A stretch of DNA of 53,480 nucleotides, from positions 1 through 53,480 of the forward strand of contig JAVCCR010000032.1 of the NCBI GenBank assembly GCA_030765485.1. The letters run 5' to 3'. This DNA comes from Candidatus Gygaella obscura. GTDB lineage: Bacteria > Omnitrophota > Gorgyraeia > Gygaellales > Gygaellaceae. The position numbers and the translations under genes are program-made. This document shows, in pieces, positions 26,914 through 36,175 of the stretch (the stretch's first letter is position 1; every line of letters begins with the position of its first letter). The notes under the pieces are model-generated. The model did not search any database. It was not told the origin of the DNA and saw only the letters and a list, made by a program, of their open reading frames with translations.

Positions 26914-26924
26914 ATTAATTAATC

Positions 26925-27161
26925 ATGATTATTAAGGTAAAGGTAGTCTCAAGAGCAAAAAAAGACCGTGTGTTAAAAACGGATTTTGGCTTGAAGGTAT
27001 ACTTAAAGGCTCCAGCAGTAGACGGGAAGGCAAATCGTTCGTTAATAAAGTTATTGGCTGCTTTTTTAAGTGTAAAATCTGCAAATATTAAAATCAAGAT
27101 AGGCCTGCGTTCAAAAGATAAATTAATTGCCGTAGATGAACAATCTATTTGTAAAAAATAA
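26925..27161 (+). CDS. DUF167 (YggU) family protein
   Basis: VKVVSRAKKDRV...LKAPAVDGKANRSLIKLLAAFL. Confidence 0.75.
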   Translation: MIIKVKVVSRAKKDRVLKTDFGLKVYLKAPAVDGKANRSLIKLLAAFLSVKSANIKIKIGLRSKDKLIAVDEQSICKK

Positions 27162-27855
27162 GCATTCGTTGGTATTCGCATCACTTTTAAAAGAGAATGT
27201 GATTGCGGGTACAAGTCATTCTATGTTGGATTTTAATATTGATCTTGATGGCGAGATTTTAGAACGTTCTTTTGATAAGCTTTTTTCTGAAATTGCTATT
27301 GTCCCTAAGAGAATAATAAGCCTGTCGCAAAGCCACTCGGATAAGATTTTTGTATTTCAAAAGGAATGTTTAGTTAAACAGAAGCCTTGCGCTGATGCAG
27401 TTATAACTGACGAGAAAGATATTGCAATTGCAATCAGGGTTGCGGATTGTCCGTCAGTATTTATTTACGATAAATCAAAAAGGGTATCTGCTCTTGTGCA
27501 TAGCGGATGGAAAGGTACGCGGCAATTGATTGTGGTTAAAACAATACAGAAATTGAAAAAATTATTTCATAGTCGTGAAAGGGATATTATTGCGGCTATC
27601 GGACCGTGTATCAGAAAATGTTGTTATGAGGTTGGAAGTGAGTTTGAGGATATATTTAATAATATTGAAAAAAGACAGGACAAGTATTTTTTAGACCTTG
27701 CCTGTGAGATAAAAAATCAACTTTATTCTGCAGGGATTGAAAAAAATAATATCTTTGATAGTTCAATTTGCTCTGCATGTTCTCGCTACGGGTTTTATTC
27801 TTACAGAAAGCAAAAAACAGTCAGTAGAAATCTGTCTTTTATGATTATGAAATAA
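27136..27855 (+). CDS. pgeF: YfiH/PgeF-family laccase-domain protein (peptidoglycan editing factor / purine nucleoside phosphorylase-like)
   Basis: QSHSDKI, ADCPSV, HSGWKGT and GPCIRKCCYEVG. Confidence 0.8.
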   Translation: MNNLFVKNKHSLVFASLLKENVIAGTSHSMLDFNIDLDGEILERSFDKLFSEIAIVPKRIISLSQSHSDKIFVFQKECLVKQKPCADAVITDEKDIAIAIRVADCPSVFIYDKSKRVSALVHSGWKGTRQLIVVKTIQKLKKLFHSRERDIIAAIGPCIRKCCYEVGSEFEDIFNNIEKRQDKYFLDLACEIKNQLYSAGIEKNNIFDSSICSACSRYGFYSYRKQKTVSRNLSFMIMK

Positions 27856-27869
27856 AAAAGGAGGTATGC

Positions 27870-28349
27870 ATGGCTAGGATTTTGGTTATTTATTATTCGA
27901 AAGGTGGTAATACCAAAACAATGGCTCAGGCAATTGCTCAGGGCATAGAACAAGAAAAGGTAGAAGTAGTGATTAAAGATGTAAAAGATGTAAAGACAAA
28001 AGAGCTTCTTGAATTTCAGGGTATAGTTATTGGCTCGCCTACATATTACGGAACCTTGGCAGCACAGGTAAAAAGACTTCTTGATGAAAGCGTTTCGTTT
28101 CATGGTAAATTGGATGGAAAAGTTGGCGCGGCCTTTGCTTCATCTGCTAATGTCGGAGGAGGCAATGAAACAACCGTATTAAGCATATTGCAGGCGATGC
28201 TTATACATGGTATGATTGTGCAAGGTGATTATAGCGGCGATCATTATGGAGCAGTCGGCATCAGTAATCCTGATGAACGCTCTCTAAAGCAATGCCGCAG
28301 ACAAGGCAAAAGAATAGCTGGTTTAGTCAAACAACTTTTTTCTAAATGA
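27870..28349 (+). CDS. flavodoxin-like FMN protein (WrbA/NAD(P)H-quinone oxidoreductase-like)
   Basis: ILVIYYSKGGNTKTMA and GSPTYYGTLAAQVK. AAGGAGG SD upstream. Confidence 0.75.
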   Translation: MARILVIYYSKGGNTKTMAQAIAQGIEQEKVEVVIKDVKDVKTKELLEFQGIVIGSPTYYGTLAAQVKRLLDESVSFHGKLDGKVGAAFASSANVGGGNETTVLSILQAMLIHGMIVQGDYSGDHYGAVGISNPDERSLKQCRRQGKRIAGLVKQLFSK

Positions 28350-29032
28350 TTGAGTTCATAAGCTTTTTTAAACAACAAATCGGTGCTTTTTTTATGGCGT
28401 TTAATGCAGGGGTTTTAACGAGTTTTACTCCTTGTATCTATCCGTTATTACCGATAACCTTGGCGGTTATAGGGGCTAAGGCAACCCAATCTAAACGTAA
28501 GGGATTCTTATTAAGTCTGGTATACGTATTGGGTATGTCTTTGACCTATTCTATACTTGGTCTTTTAGCTGCTTTAACAGGAAAGATTTTTGGTTTTGTT
28601 ATAAATCCAGCTTTGGCTAATTTTATCGTAGGCAATGTTTGTTTTCTGTCGAGTCTTTGGATATTAGGTGTATTTGATTTGCCTGCACCGAAGATTTTCA
28701 AAAGCCCTAAGTTAAAGGAAAAAAATTATTTCTGGATTTTAATCATTGGTGCATTATCAGGGTTGGTGGTTTCACCATGTGTGAGTCCAGTATTGATCAG
28801 TATTTTAAGTATTGTTGCCGGACGTGAAAATATCGTTTGGGGTATGAGTTTATTGTTTGTTTATGGTTACGGACTTGGTTTTACGCTGATTTTAGCTGGA
28901 ACATTTGCGGGATTTTTTACAAGCCTTCCCAGATCAGGCAGATGGTTAAAGGTGGTCAAGTATATTTACGGGTTTATTTTAATCGCCATAGCGCAATATT
29001 TCTTTATTCAATGCGGAAAATTCTTAATCTAA
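28346..29032 (+). CDS. ccdA: CcdA/DsbD-family thiol-disulfide electron transporter
   Basis: Multi-pass membrane protein with both conserved Cys-Pro helices (SFTPCIYPLLP and SPCVSPVL). ATGA overlap with the flavodoxin gene. Confidence 0.85.
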   Translation: MIEFISFFKQQIGAFFMAFNAGVLTSFTPCIYPLLPITLAVIGAKATQSKRKGFLLSLVYVLGMSLTYSILGLLAALTGKIFGFVINPALANFIVGNVCFLSSLWILGVFDLPAPKIFKSPKLKEKNYFWILIIGALSGLVVSPCVSPVLISILSIVAGRENIVWGMSLLFVYGYGLGFTLILAGTFAGFFTSLPRSGRWLKVVKYIYGFILIAIAQYFFIQCGKFLI

Positions 29033-29478
29033 AAAATATTTTATTGGTTTTGTTTCTTATTTTTATAAGTATTAATGTTTGCTTTGCGCAGAAGGCGCCT
29101 GATTTTTTATTAAAGGATACTAAAGATAAACTTTATAGTCTTTCTGATTATAAAAATGAGAAAATCATAATTTTTTTCTGGAGTGTTCGATGTTATTATT
29201 GTATTAAAGAAATGCAGCGTATAAAGAAAAATTATTCTCAGTTAAAACAAAATGGATGGAAAATAGTTTCCATAAATGTAGCCGATTCCAAGGCTGCGGT
29301 GGAGAATTATTTGCGCCGTTATGAACTAGATTTTAACGTTTTGCTTGACAGTGATTTAAAGGTAAGTATGGAGTACGGGATTTACGGCGTACCGACATTT
29401 TACTTTTTGAATAAAAAGCATGAACTGATTTTTGTGGATAATGTTATTCCTGATAATTTAAGTGAATATGAACGTTAA
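29011..29478 (+). CDS. TlpA/ResA-like secreted thioredoxin-fold thiol-disulfide oxidoreductase
   Basis: Signal peptide LLVLFLIFISINVCFA, WSVRCYYC (CxxC) and YGVPTFYF. I start at ATG 29011, not the track start 28837, which runs through ccdA. Confidence 0.8.
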   Translation: MRKILNLKNILLVLFLIFISINVCFAQKAPDFLLKDTKDKLYSLSDYKNEKIIIFFWSVRCYYCIKEMQRIKKNYSQLKQNGWKIVSINVADSKAAVENYLRRYELDFNVLLDSDLKVSMEYGIYGVPTFYFLNKKHELIFVDNVIPDNLSEYER

Positions 29479-30823
29479 TTTATCTTTTTTGCTGGATTTT
29501 TACGAGCTTACTATGGCGCAGGTTTATTTTAAACATAAGCCTAATACCCAAGCTACGTTTGATCTTTTTATTCGCAGTTTGCCCTTAAACAGGTCTTATT
29601 GTTTGGTTGCCGGACTGGAAGATTGTCTTGATTTTCTGATTAATATTAAATTTGAAGCTGAGCAGATAGAATTTTTAAGAGGCATAAAAGTCTTTAGCGA
29701 AGATTTCTTGGATTATTTGGCTAATTTTAAGTTTAAGGGTGATGTTTGGGCATTACCAGAAGGTAGTGTTTGTTTTGCAAATGAACCGATAATAAGAATT
29801 ACTGCATCCTTAATTCATGCGCAGATAGTGGAAAGTTTTTTACTTAACACGATAAATATCCATTCGAGTATTACTACTAAAGCTTCGCGGGTTGTTATAT
29901 CTGCTAAGGGAAAGGCCGTGTATGATTTTTCATTAAGGAGAGCCCAAGGCATAGACGCAAGTATTAAAGCTGCGCGTTCATCTTTTATTGCTGGCTGTGC
30001 AGGCACATCAAATTGTATGGCTGGTATATTATACAATATACCTTTAACCGGTACTATGGCACATTCTTTTGTCATGGCTTTTGATAACGAGTTAGATAGT
30101 TTCCATAGTTACGCCGAATCTTTTCCTGATTCAACAATACTTCTGGTGGATACCTATGATTATAAAAAAGGCATTGAAAATGCAATAAAGATTGCCAAGG
30201 AGCTTGAACAAAAAAATAAGCGTCTTAAAGCAATTCGTCTTGACAGCGGAGATCTATGTGCGGTTTCAAAAATTGCGAGAAAAACCTTAGATAAAAATGA
30301 TCTTAAATATGTAAGGATTTTAGCAAGTGGGAATCTCGATGAATATGCTATTACAAGACTCATTAAAAAAGGAGCTTTGATTGATAGTTTTGGCGTAGGC
30401 ACTAAAATGGGCACTTCATCCGATGCACCATATCTGGATGTTGTATATAAATTATGCGAGGTTTGCGATAATGAAAATGATTTTTTGCCCAAGATGAAGC
30501 TTAGTGCGGCAAAAATTACTTTGCCCGGCAGAAAACAGATATTCCGTTTTAAGAATAGAAAAGGAATTTTTAAAAAAGATATTATTGCTTTAGAGGCTGA
30601 ATCAATAAAAAAAGCAGAACCGTTGTTGGTAAATGTTATAAAAGATGGTAAACTCATGTATAATAAACCTTCGATTCATGATATTGTTTTATTTGCAAAG
30701 AATAATATTTCTAGTCTTTCCGATAAGCTAAAACGCATAGATAAAAAAGCCAATTTTATCGTAAAACCTTCGAGGGCTCTAAGAAAACTAAAAAATAAAC
30801 TCATAAAGCAAAATAGCAGATGA
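29462..30823 (+). CDS. pncB: nicotinate phosphoribosyltransferase
   Basis: LLDFYELTMAQVYF, GTMAHSFVMAF and IRLDSGDL. The track start is GTG 29462; ATG 29468 is an alternative. Confidence 0.9.
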   Translation: MNMNVNLSFLLDFYELTMAQVYFKHKPNTQATFDLFIRSLPLNRSYCLVAGLEDCLDFLINIKFEAEQIEFLRGIKVFSEDFLDYLANFKFKGDVWALPEGSVCFANEPIIRITASLIHAQIVESFLLNTINIHSSITTKASRVVISAKGKAVYDFSLRRAQGIDASIKAARSSFIAGCAGTSNCMAGILYNIPLTGTMAHSFVMAFDNELDSFHSYAESFPDSTILLVDTYDYKKGIENAIKIAKELEQKNKRLKAIRLDSGDLCAVSKIARKTLDKNDLKYVRILASGNLDEYAITRLIKKGALIDSFGVGTKMGTSSDAPYLDVVYKLCEVCDNENDFLPKMKLSAAKITLPGRKQIFRFKNRKGIFKKDIIALEAESIKKAEPLLVNVIKDGKLMYNKPSIHDIVLFAKNNISSLSDKLKRIDKKANFIVKPSRALRKLKNKLIKQNSR

Positions 30824-31857
30824 ACAACTTAAAAAATCAATTCAATTTTATGACCACAGGAATAGGAAGTGTGTCCTTTAATAATCCTAAACCGGCTTTA
30901 GAATATATTTTTGATTATGTTGATATTCCTTTCTGGCCGCAGCTTACTAATTTATCAAAATTTGAATCAATGGGATTACAGTTTAGCGAGAATATTCCTT
31001 GCTTAAAGCAAGAAAACAAAGATTTGGTTTATGAGGCAAGTTCTTGCGAAAAGAATCTAGAGCGTTGTTATGAGCATATAATTGCAGAAGATACAGGCTT
31101 TTTTAAAATCTCAACAGAATATGCGCAAGGCCTATATGCATTTTTAGATTTTTTAAAAAAGAAAAACACAAGCAGAGGTTATATAAAAGGGCATACGACA
31201 GGTCCGTTTAGTTTTGCTGCTGCAGTAAAAAAAGAAAAAGGCTTGCTTTTGGCTGATAGCGTTATGATGGAGGTTATTACTAAGGCCTTAGCAATGAAGG
31301 CCCTGTGGCAGGTGAGGGAGCTTAAGAAATTCAGTGAGCAAGTAATGTTTTTTATCGATGAGCCATATCTGAGTTGTTTTGGTTCAGGATTTACTTCTAT
31401 AAATAAGGAGATTGTTCAGCTATATTTAAGCCAGTTTATTGATTTGCTGCGTAAAGAGCAAGTTTTAATAGGTATACATTGTTGCGGCAATACTGATTGG
31501 GGCTTGTTGATGGGTTTAGATATCGATATTATTAATTTTGACGCATTCAATTTTGCTGATAAGTTCCTGTTGTATTCTCAGGATATCAAAGAATTTCTTC
31601 AAAAAGGCGGTATTTTGGCTTGGGGTATTGTGCCGACCAATGGTTATAAAGATGACATTACCAGTAATGAGCTAAAAAATAGCATTAATTCCTATATGGA
31701 GACATTAGAAAAAAAAGGAATTGATCATAGTTTAGTTGCAAGTAATTCTTTAATAACGCCTTCTTGCGGGTTGGGATCCATTGAAAAAGATATAAATCAG
31801 AGCATATTCAAGCTTTTAAAGAGTACGGCAGATTTGTTAAAAAAAGAGCTAAGTTAA
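30820..31857 (+). CDS. single-domain MetE-fold (core-MetE-like) zinc methyltransferase
   Basis: KGHTTGPFSF, IDEPYL, IHCCGN (His/Cys Zn ligands) and TPSCGLG (C-terminal Cys ligand), in the order seen in the MetE C-terminal domain. ATGA overlap with pncB. Confidence 0.55.
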   Translation: MNNLKNQFNFMTTGIGSVSFNNPKPALEYIFDYVDIPFWPQLTNLSKFESMGLQFSENIPCLKQENKDLVYEASSCEKNLERCYEHIIAEDTGFFKISTEYAQGLYAFLDFLKKKNTSRGYIKGHTTGPFSFAAAVKKEKGLLLADSVMMEVITKALAMKALWQVRELKKFSEQVMFFIDEPYLSCFGSGFTSINKEIVQLYLSQFIDLLRKEQVLIGIHCCGNTDWGLLMGLDIDIINFDAFNFADKFLLYSQDIKEFLQKGGILAWGIVPTNGYKDDITSNELKNSINSYMETLEKKGIDHSLVASNSLITPSCGLGSIEKDINQSIFKLLKSTADLLKKELS

Positions 31858-31958
31858 GCAAATTGTTAGATGTGTTTTTCTCTTGACTTGCATAAGGCTA
31901 TATGATAAGCTAACTTTAAATTTCTTTATAGGTTAAAGAAAATCAAGGAGGTTATATA

Positions 31959-32618
31959 ATGAGGAGACTTTCATACGTAAGTGTTTTGTTTATAGTAGCT
32001 TTTGTTTTTGTTCTAAACGGTTGTACTATTATATTTCAAAAGGGAAGACGCTCTGATTTAGAAGAGATAGAGCAGCTTTCTACTCGTTTAAACGATTTAG
32101 AACAGGCAAGGCTTATTTTAACAGAAAGATTAAAGCAGGAAATATCAGATAAAAATGTTAGATTAGATATGTTTGAGAAAGGTCTGGTAATTTCTTTTGT
32201 GGCTGATGTTCTTTTTGATTCCGGAAAAGCAAAGATCAAAAGAGGTTTTCATGATACGCTTGGTAAGGTAGCTAGAGTATTAAAGGAAAATGTTCCTGAT
32301 TTGGAGGTTGGTGTAGAGGGGCATACCGACAATGTTGCTATAAAATTTTCTCGCTGGAAGGATAATTGGGAATTATCTACTCAAAGAGCGTTGAGTGTAT
32401 TAAGATATCTATGCAACAATAAAACAATTGATCCAGCAAGGCTTAGGGCTATTGGTTACGGCGAACAAAAGCCTATAGCTACTAATGATAGCAAAAGCGG
32501 TCGTAAGCTTAATCGAAGGGTAGAAATAGTAATTTTACCTGAGGAACAGAGAATTTCTAAAGAAACGATCAGGTCTGAATCAAATACCTTGCCGCAAAAC
32601 TGGGAAGAATTAAAGTAA
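31959..32618 (+). CDS. OmpA/MotB-like peptidoglycan-binding lipoprotein
   Basis: Lipobox VLNGC. OmpA_C-like GHTDNV...ELSTQRALSVLRYL...GYGEQKPIA...NRRVEIV. AAGGAGG SD upstream. Confidence 0.85.
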   Translation: MRRLSYVSVLFIVAFVFVLNGCTIIFQKGRRSDLEEIEQLSTRLNDLEQARLILTERLKQEISDKNVRLDMFEKGLVISFVADVLFDSGKAKIKRGFHDTLGKVARVLKENVPDLEVGVEGHTDNVAIKFSRWKDNWELSTQRALSVLRYLCNNKTIDPARLRAIGYGEQKPIATNDSKSGRKLNRRVEIVILPEEQRISKETIRSESNTLPQNWEELK

Positions 32619-32636
32619 CTATTTATAATTTCTTGC

Positions 32637-32993
32637 ATGGAAGAAGAAACGAAACTGCGCTTATTCGCTATTTCTGTTATACTTAATTTAATCTTTGTGT
32701 TTTCTACCATTGGTTTGTTGGTAAGTTTAAGTAAAACCCGTATAAGCAAAGAAGATGAGATAAGATTGCGGATTGAATCGGAAGAGCAATATTCTACCAT
32801 TGCCAAGAAAAAAAACGATCTAGAGCTAGCCAATAAGCATCTTAAGAATGAGGTTAATAAAAAGGAGCGCGAATTAAGTATGCTTGAGGAAGCGCTTGCG
32901 ATAAATAAAAATAGTAAAATTAAAGCTAAAGCAACTAATGATGTATTAAAGAGCCAAGGCTTGGATAATAACAGTCCAAAAACAAGGGATTAA
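32637..32993 (+). CDS. hypothetical membrane-anchored coiled-coil protein
   Basis: TM helix LFAISVILNLIFVFSTIGLLV followed by a charged heptad-like region. An intrinsic terminator follows directly. Confidence 0.5.
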   Translation: MEEETKLRLFAISVILNLIFVFSTIGLLVSLSKTRISKEDEIRLRIESEEQYSTIAKKKNDLELANKHLKNEVNKKERELSMLEEALAINKNSKIKAKATNDVLKSQGLDNNSPKTRD

Positions 32994-33017
32994 GAGAAGA
33001 TAGTTGATTTATATTGA

Positions 33018-33045
33018 TGAGGGATATTTTATCCCTCATTTTTTT
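33018..33045 (+). terminator. Rho-independent terminator
   Basis: Perfect 9-bp stem TGAGGGATA / TATCCCTCA (33018..33026 and 33030..33038), a 3-nt loop, then seven T (33039..33045). Confidence 0.75.
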
Positions 33046-33055
33046 GGAAATCGCA

Positions 33056-33847
33056 ATGAAAAAAAAGAAGATATCTAAGAAAAAAACAATGATTGTATCC
33101 CGAGCGATAAAGGGCAAGAAGGAAAAAGCAGCTAGGCTAAAAAAGCAACCCATAAGTAAAAAGACTTCAGTAAAAAGAATAAAAAAAACCAGAAAGAAAA
33201 AAATAGTTAAATCTGCAGATAGAGAAAAGAGGATAAAATTTAAACCAAAACAGGTATATTCTGGTAAAGAAAAAGAAATAATTCATTGTTTTTCTAAGAT
33301 TCCATCCGAGGAGTTTGTTAAAAGTAATCTGCCTCGGCTTTACGGTAAGGATATGTTGAAATTATTAGTAAGGGATCCTCGGTGGATCTATGTTTATTGG
33401 GAAGTAACAACTGCGACTTTTGATAAGATTAAGGATAGGCTGAAACAAAGATTAGACAAAGCCAGGATTATATTAAGAGCTTACGATGTTACAGGGGTCG
33501 ATTTTAATGGCAAAGACGCCAACAGCTCGTTTGATGTTGAAATAAATTACGAAGAACTTAATTGGTATATAAATACTAATAGTCCGGGTTCAGAATTTTG
33601 CGTTGAGTTGGGGTTTTTATTAGAAAACGGTGAATTCATAAGAATATTACGTTCCAATACAGTGAGCATGCCAGTGGATGGACCGTCTTCATTAAGAGAT
33701 GAAGAATGGATGTTCCCCGATGATTTATTCGATGTTTTATATAAAATGAGTTTTGGTTTTCATGGAAGTTCACCTGTGGGAGATTTATGGTCTGAGAGAT
33801 TGCGTTTGGATATCTCATCAGGTTTTTCTCCGCAAAAAAAAGCTTAA
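33056..33847 (+). CDS. DUF4912-domain protein with Lys-rich N-terminus
   Basis: DPRWIYVYWEV core motif and its position directly upstream of a GH57 gene. I start at ATG 33056 because the track start 33014 lies inside the terminator hairpin. Confidence 0.7.
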   Translation: MKKKKISKKKTMIVSRAIKGKKEKAARLKKQPISKKTSVKRIKKTRKKKIVKSADREKRIKFKPKQVYSGKEKEIIHCFSKIPSEEFVKSNLPRLYGKDMLKLLVRDPRWIYVYWEVTTATFDKIKDRLKQRLDKARIILRAYDVTGVDFNGKDANSSFDVEINYEELNWYINTNSPGSEFCVELGFLLENGEFIRILRSNTVSMPVDGPSSLRDEEWMFPDDLFDVLYKMSFGFHGSSPVGDLWSERLRLDISSGFSPQKKA

Positions 33848-33875
33848 AACAATTTAAGCCGAAATAGAAAAGAAA

Positions 33876-35453
33876 ATGACTAAAGGCTATCTTTGTTTGG
33901 TTTTGCATGCGCATCTTCCGTTTGTGCGTCATCCTGAGTTCGACGACTTTTTAGAGGAATTATGGTTTTATGAGGCGATAACCGAAACTTATATACCGCT
34001 TATAAAGGTTTTTGAAGGGCTTTTAAGAGATGGTGTGGATTTTCGTCTTACCATGTCTTTAACGCCTACTCTTACAGCGATGTTTCAGGATCCTGTTTTG
34101 CAGGGTAGATATTTTAGGCATATTGAAAAACTTATACAGTTGGCGGAAAAAGAAGTGGGGCGTAATTCTAATTCTTTTGAATTTTCCTCTCTTTCTCGGA
34201 TGTATCTAAAACATTTTTGCGATTGTCGGAATATTTTTGAGAAATACAGCCGTAATTTAGTTACTGCCTTTAAGAATTTTCAGGATGCTGGTAAACTTGA
34301 GATAATAACTTGTGCAGCTACACATAGTTATTTTCCTTTAATGCAAACTAATACTGCATCCAAAAGGGCGCAGATTAAAGTTGGTGTGCAAAGTTATAAG
34401 AATTGTTTCAGCAGGAAGCCTTTGGGTATTTGGCTTCCTGAGTGTGGCTATAATCCACAGGATGATATTATATTGAAGGAAGAAGGGATAAAATACTTCT
34501 TCAGTGATTCTCATGGGATATTACATGCTACGCCCAGGCCGAAATACGGAGTTTTTGCTCCGGTTTATTGTTCTAATTCCGGCGTTGCCTGTTTTGCAAG
34601 GGATTTGGAAACTGCCAAGCAGGTGTGGAGTTCAAAAGACGGATATCCAGGAGATTATTATTACAGAGAGTTTTATAAAGATATAGGTTTTGATCTTGAT
34701 TTTGATTATATCAAGCCATATATACATCCCGATGGCATAAGGATAAATACCGGAATTAAATATTATCGTATAACAGGCGTTGATAATAAACAGCCTTATG
34801 TGCCTGAGTTGGCAAGAGAAAAGGCTGTTGAGCATGCGGGTAATTTCATGTTTAACAGGCAAAGGCAGGTTGAATATTTATTTGATGTAATGAAGAAAAA
34901 ACCAATAATTATTTCTTCTTATGATGCTGAGCTTTTTGGCCATTGGTGGTATGAAGGTCCGCAGTGGATTGATTTTTTGATAAGAAAAATTCATTTTGAT
35001 CAGGATATGATAAAAATGATTACCCCTTTCGAATATTTGAAGAAGAATCCTATAAACCAGGCAGTTAATGTTTCTATGTCTAGCTGGGGATGGAAAGGTT
35101 ATAACGAGATGTGGCTTCAAGGAGCAAATGATTGGACATATAGGCATCTTGATCAGGCAGCGGAGAAGATGAGCGAGCTTGTAAAGACAAACCCTCACGC
35201 AGAGGGTGTTAGGAAAAGATTATTGAACCAGGCATTAAGAGAATTATTGCTTGCTCAGAGTTCGGATTGGTCTTTTATAATGGGTACGGGTACTCATGTA
35301 AATTATGCTATAAGCCGTATAAAAGAACATGTTATTAATTTTAATTGTTTGTACCAGGATATTGTTTCCAATCAAGTTGATGAGAAAAGATTGAATTCTT
35401 TAGAGTTAAGAAACAATATTTTTCCTGATATAAATTATACAGCGCATTCTTGA
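33876..35453 (+). CDS. GH57-family 1,4-alpha-glucan branching enzyme
   Basis: GYLCLVLHAHLPFVRHPE, WLPECGY, DAELFGHWWYEG and a C-terminal DUF1957-like helical domain. Confidence 0.85.
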   Translation: MTKGYLCLVLHAHLPFVRHPEFDDFLEELWFYEAITETYIPLIKVFEGLLRDGVDFRLTMSLTPTLTAMFQDPVLQGRYFRHIEKLIQLAEKEVGRNSNSFEFSSLSRMYLKHFCDCRNIFEKYSRNLVTAFKNFQDAGKLEIITCAATHSYFPLMQTNTASKRAQIKVGVQSYKNCFSRKPLGIWLPECGYNPQDDIILKEEGIKYFFSDSHGILHATPRPKYGVFAPVYCSNSGVACFARDLETAKQVWSSKDGYPGDYYYREFYKDIGFDLDFDYIKPYIHPDGIRINTGIKYYRITGVDNKQPYVPELAREKAVEHAGNFMFNRQRQVEYLFDVMKKKPIIISSYDAELFGHWWYEGPQWIDFLIRKIHFDQDMIKMITPFEYLKKNPINQAVNVSMSSWGWKGYNEMWLQGANDWTYRHLDQAAEKMSELVKTNPHAEGVRKRLLNQALRELLLAQSSDWSFIMGTGTHVNYAISRIKEHVINFNCLYQDIVSNQVDEKRLNSLELRNNIFPDINYTAHS

Positions 35454-35460
35454 GTTTAAA

Positions 35461-36168
35461 ATGACAGACTTAAAAATACCTAAGCACGTTGCGATTATTA
35501 TGGATGGTAATGGACGTTGGGCGAAAAAAAGAAACCTGCCGCGTTTCTTTGGACATAAAGCAGGGATGGATAATGTAGAAGGTATTGTAAGATACGCAAA
35601 GGATATTGGTGTTAAGGCTCTTACTGTATTTGCATTTTCAACTGAGAATTGGTCAAGGCCGAAAAAAGAAGTTGATGTGCTTATGCGCGCTTTCGAGGGT
35701 TATATTAATAAAAAAATTACTGATCTTAAAAAAAGAAAGATTTATTTTAGAGTTATCGGTGAGAGACAACCGGTTCCCGAATTTTTATGGAGTGTTATAA
35801 AAAAAGCAGATCGACAGACAAAGGATAATAGTAATTTTACGCTTACGGTCGCTTTTAATTACGGTGCACGCGAAGAGATAATAGATTGTACAAAGCGTAT
35901 TGCGCATGATTGTTTGAAAAAAAAGCTATCTTTGTGCAGTATAAATAAAGATTTATTCTCAGGATACCTCTATACGCAAGGTTTACCGGAGCTGGATTTA
36001 TTAATTAGAACAAGCGGGGAGTTGCGTTTGAGTAATTTTCTGCTTTGGCAGGCTTCCTATGCTGAATTATATTTTACCGATAAGTTCTGGCCTGATTTTA
36101 AGGTAAGGGATTTTGAAGAAGCGATTAAAGAATTCTCAAAAAGAGACCGTAGATACGGAAATATTTAA
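35461..36168 (+). CDS. uppS: undecaprenyl-diphosphate synthase (isoprenyl transferase)
   Basis: HVAIIMDGNGRWA, FAFSTENWSRP and IRTSGELRLSNFLLWQ. Confidence 0.95.
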   Translation: MTDLKIPKHVAIIMDGNGRWAKKRNLPRFFGHKAGMDNVEGIVRYAKDIGVKALTVFAFSTENWSRPKKEVDVLMRAFEGYINKKITDLKKRKIYFRVIGERQPVPEFLWSVIKKADRQTKDNSNFTLTVAFNYGAREEIIDCTKRIAHDCLKKKLSLCSINKDLFSGYLYTQGLPELDLLIRTSGELRLSNFLLWQASYAELYFTDKFWPDFKVRDFEEAIKEFSKRDRRYGNI

Positions 36169-36175
36169 TAAGACT

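Noticed and set aside
28837-29010. Upstream extension of the TlpA-like ORF running through ccdA
   Set aside because: The extension is out of frame within a confident ccdA and has no homology-like features. A signal-peptide N-terminus begins at ATG 29011. Similar track-start extensions were trimmed for purE (12480), dCMP deaminase (15760), the anti-sigma factor (22377), cdsA (36113), DUF2905 (49732) and DUF4912 (33014).
30160-30657. 165-aa minus-strand ORF
   Set aside because: It is antisense to the well-supported pncB, with a Ser/Phe/Leu-rich nonsense-like composition. The same reasoning applies to 39768..40232 (antisense to ispG), 11296..11706 (purD), 32456..32833, 42830..43207 and the other short minus-strand ORFs.
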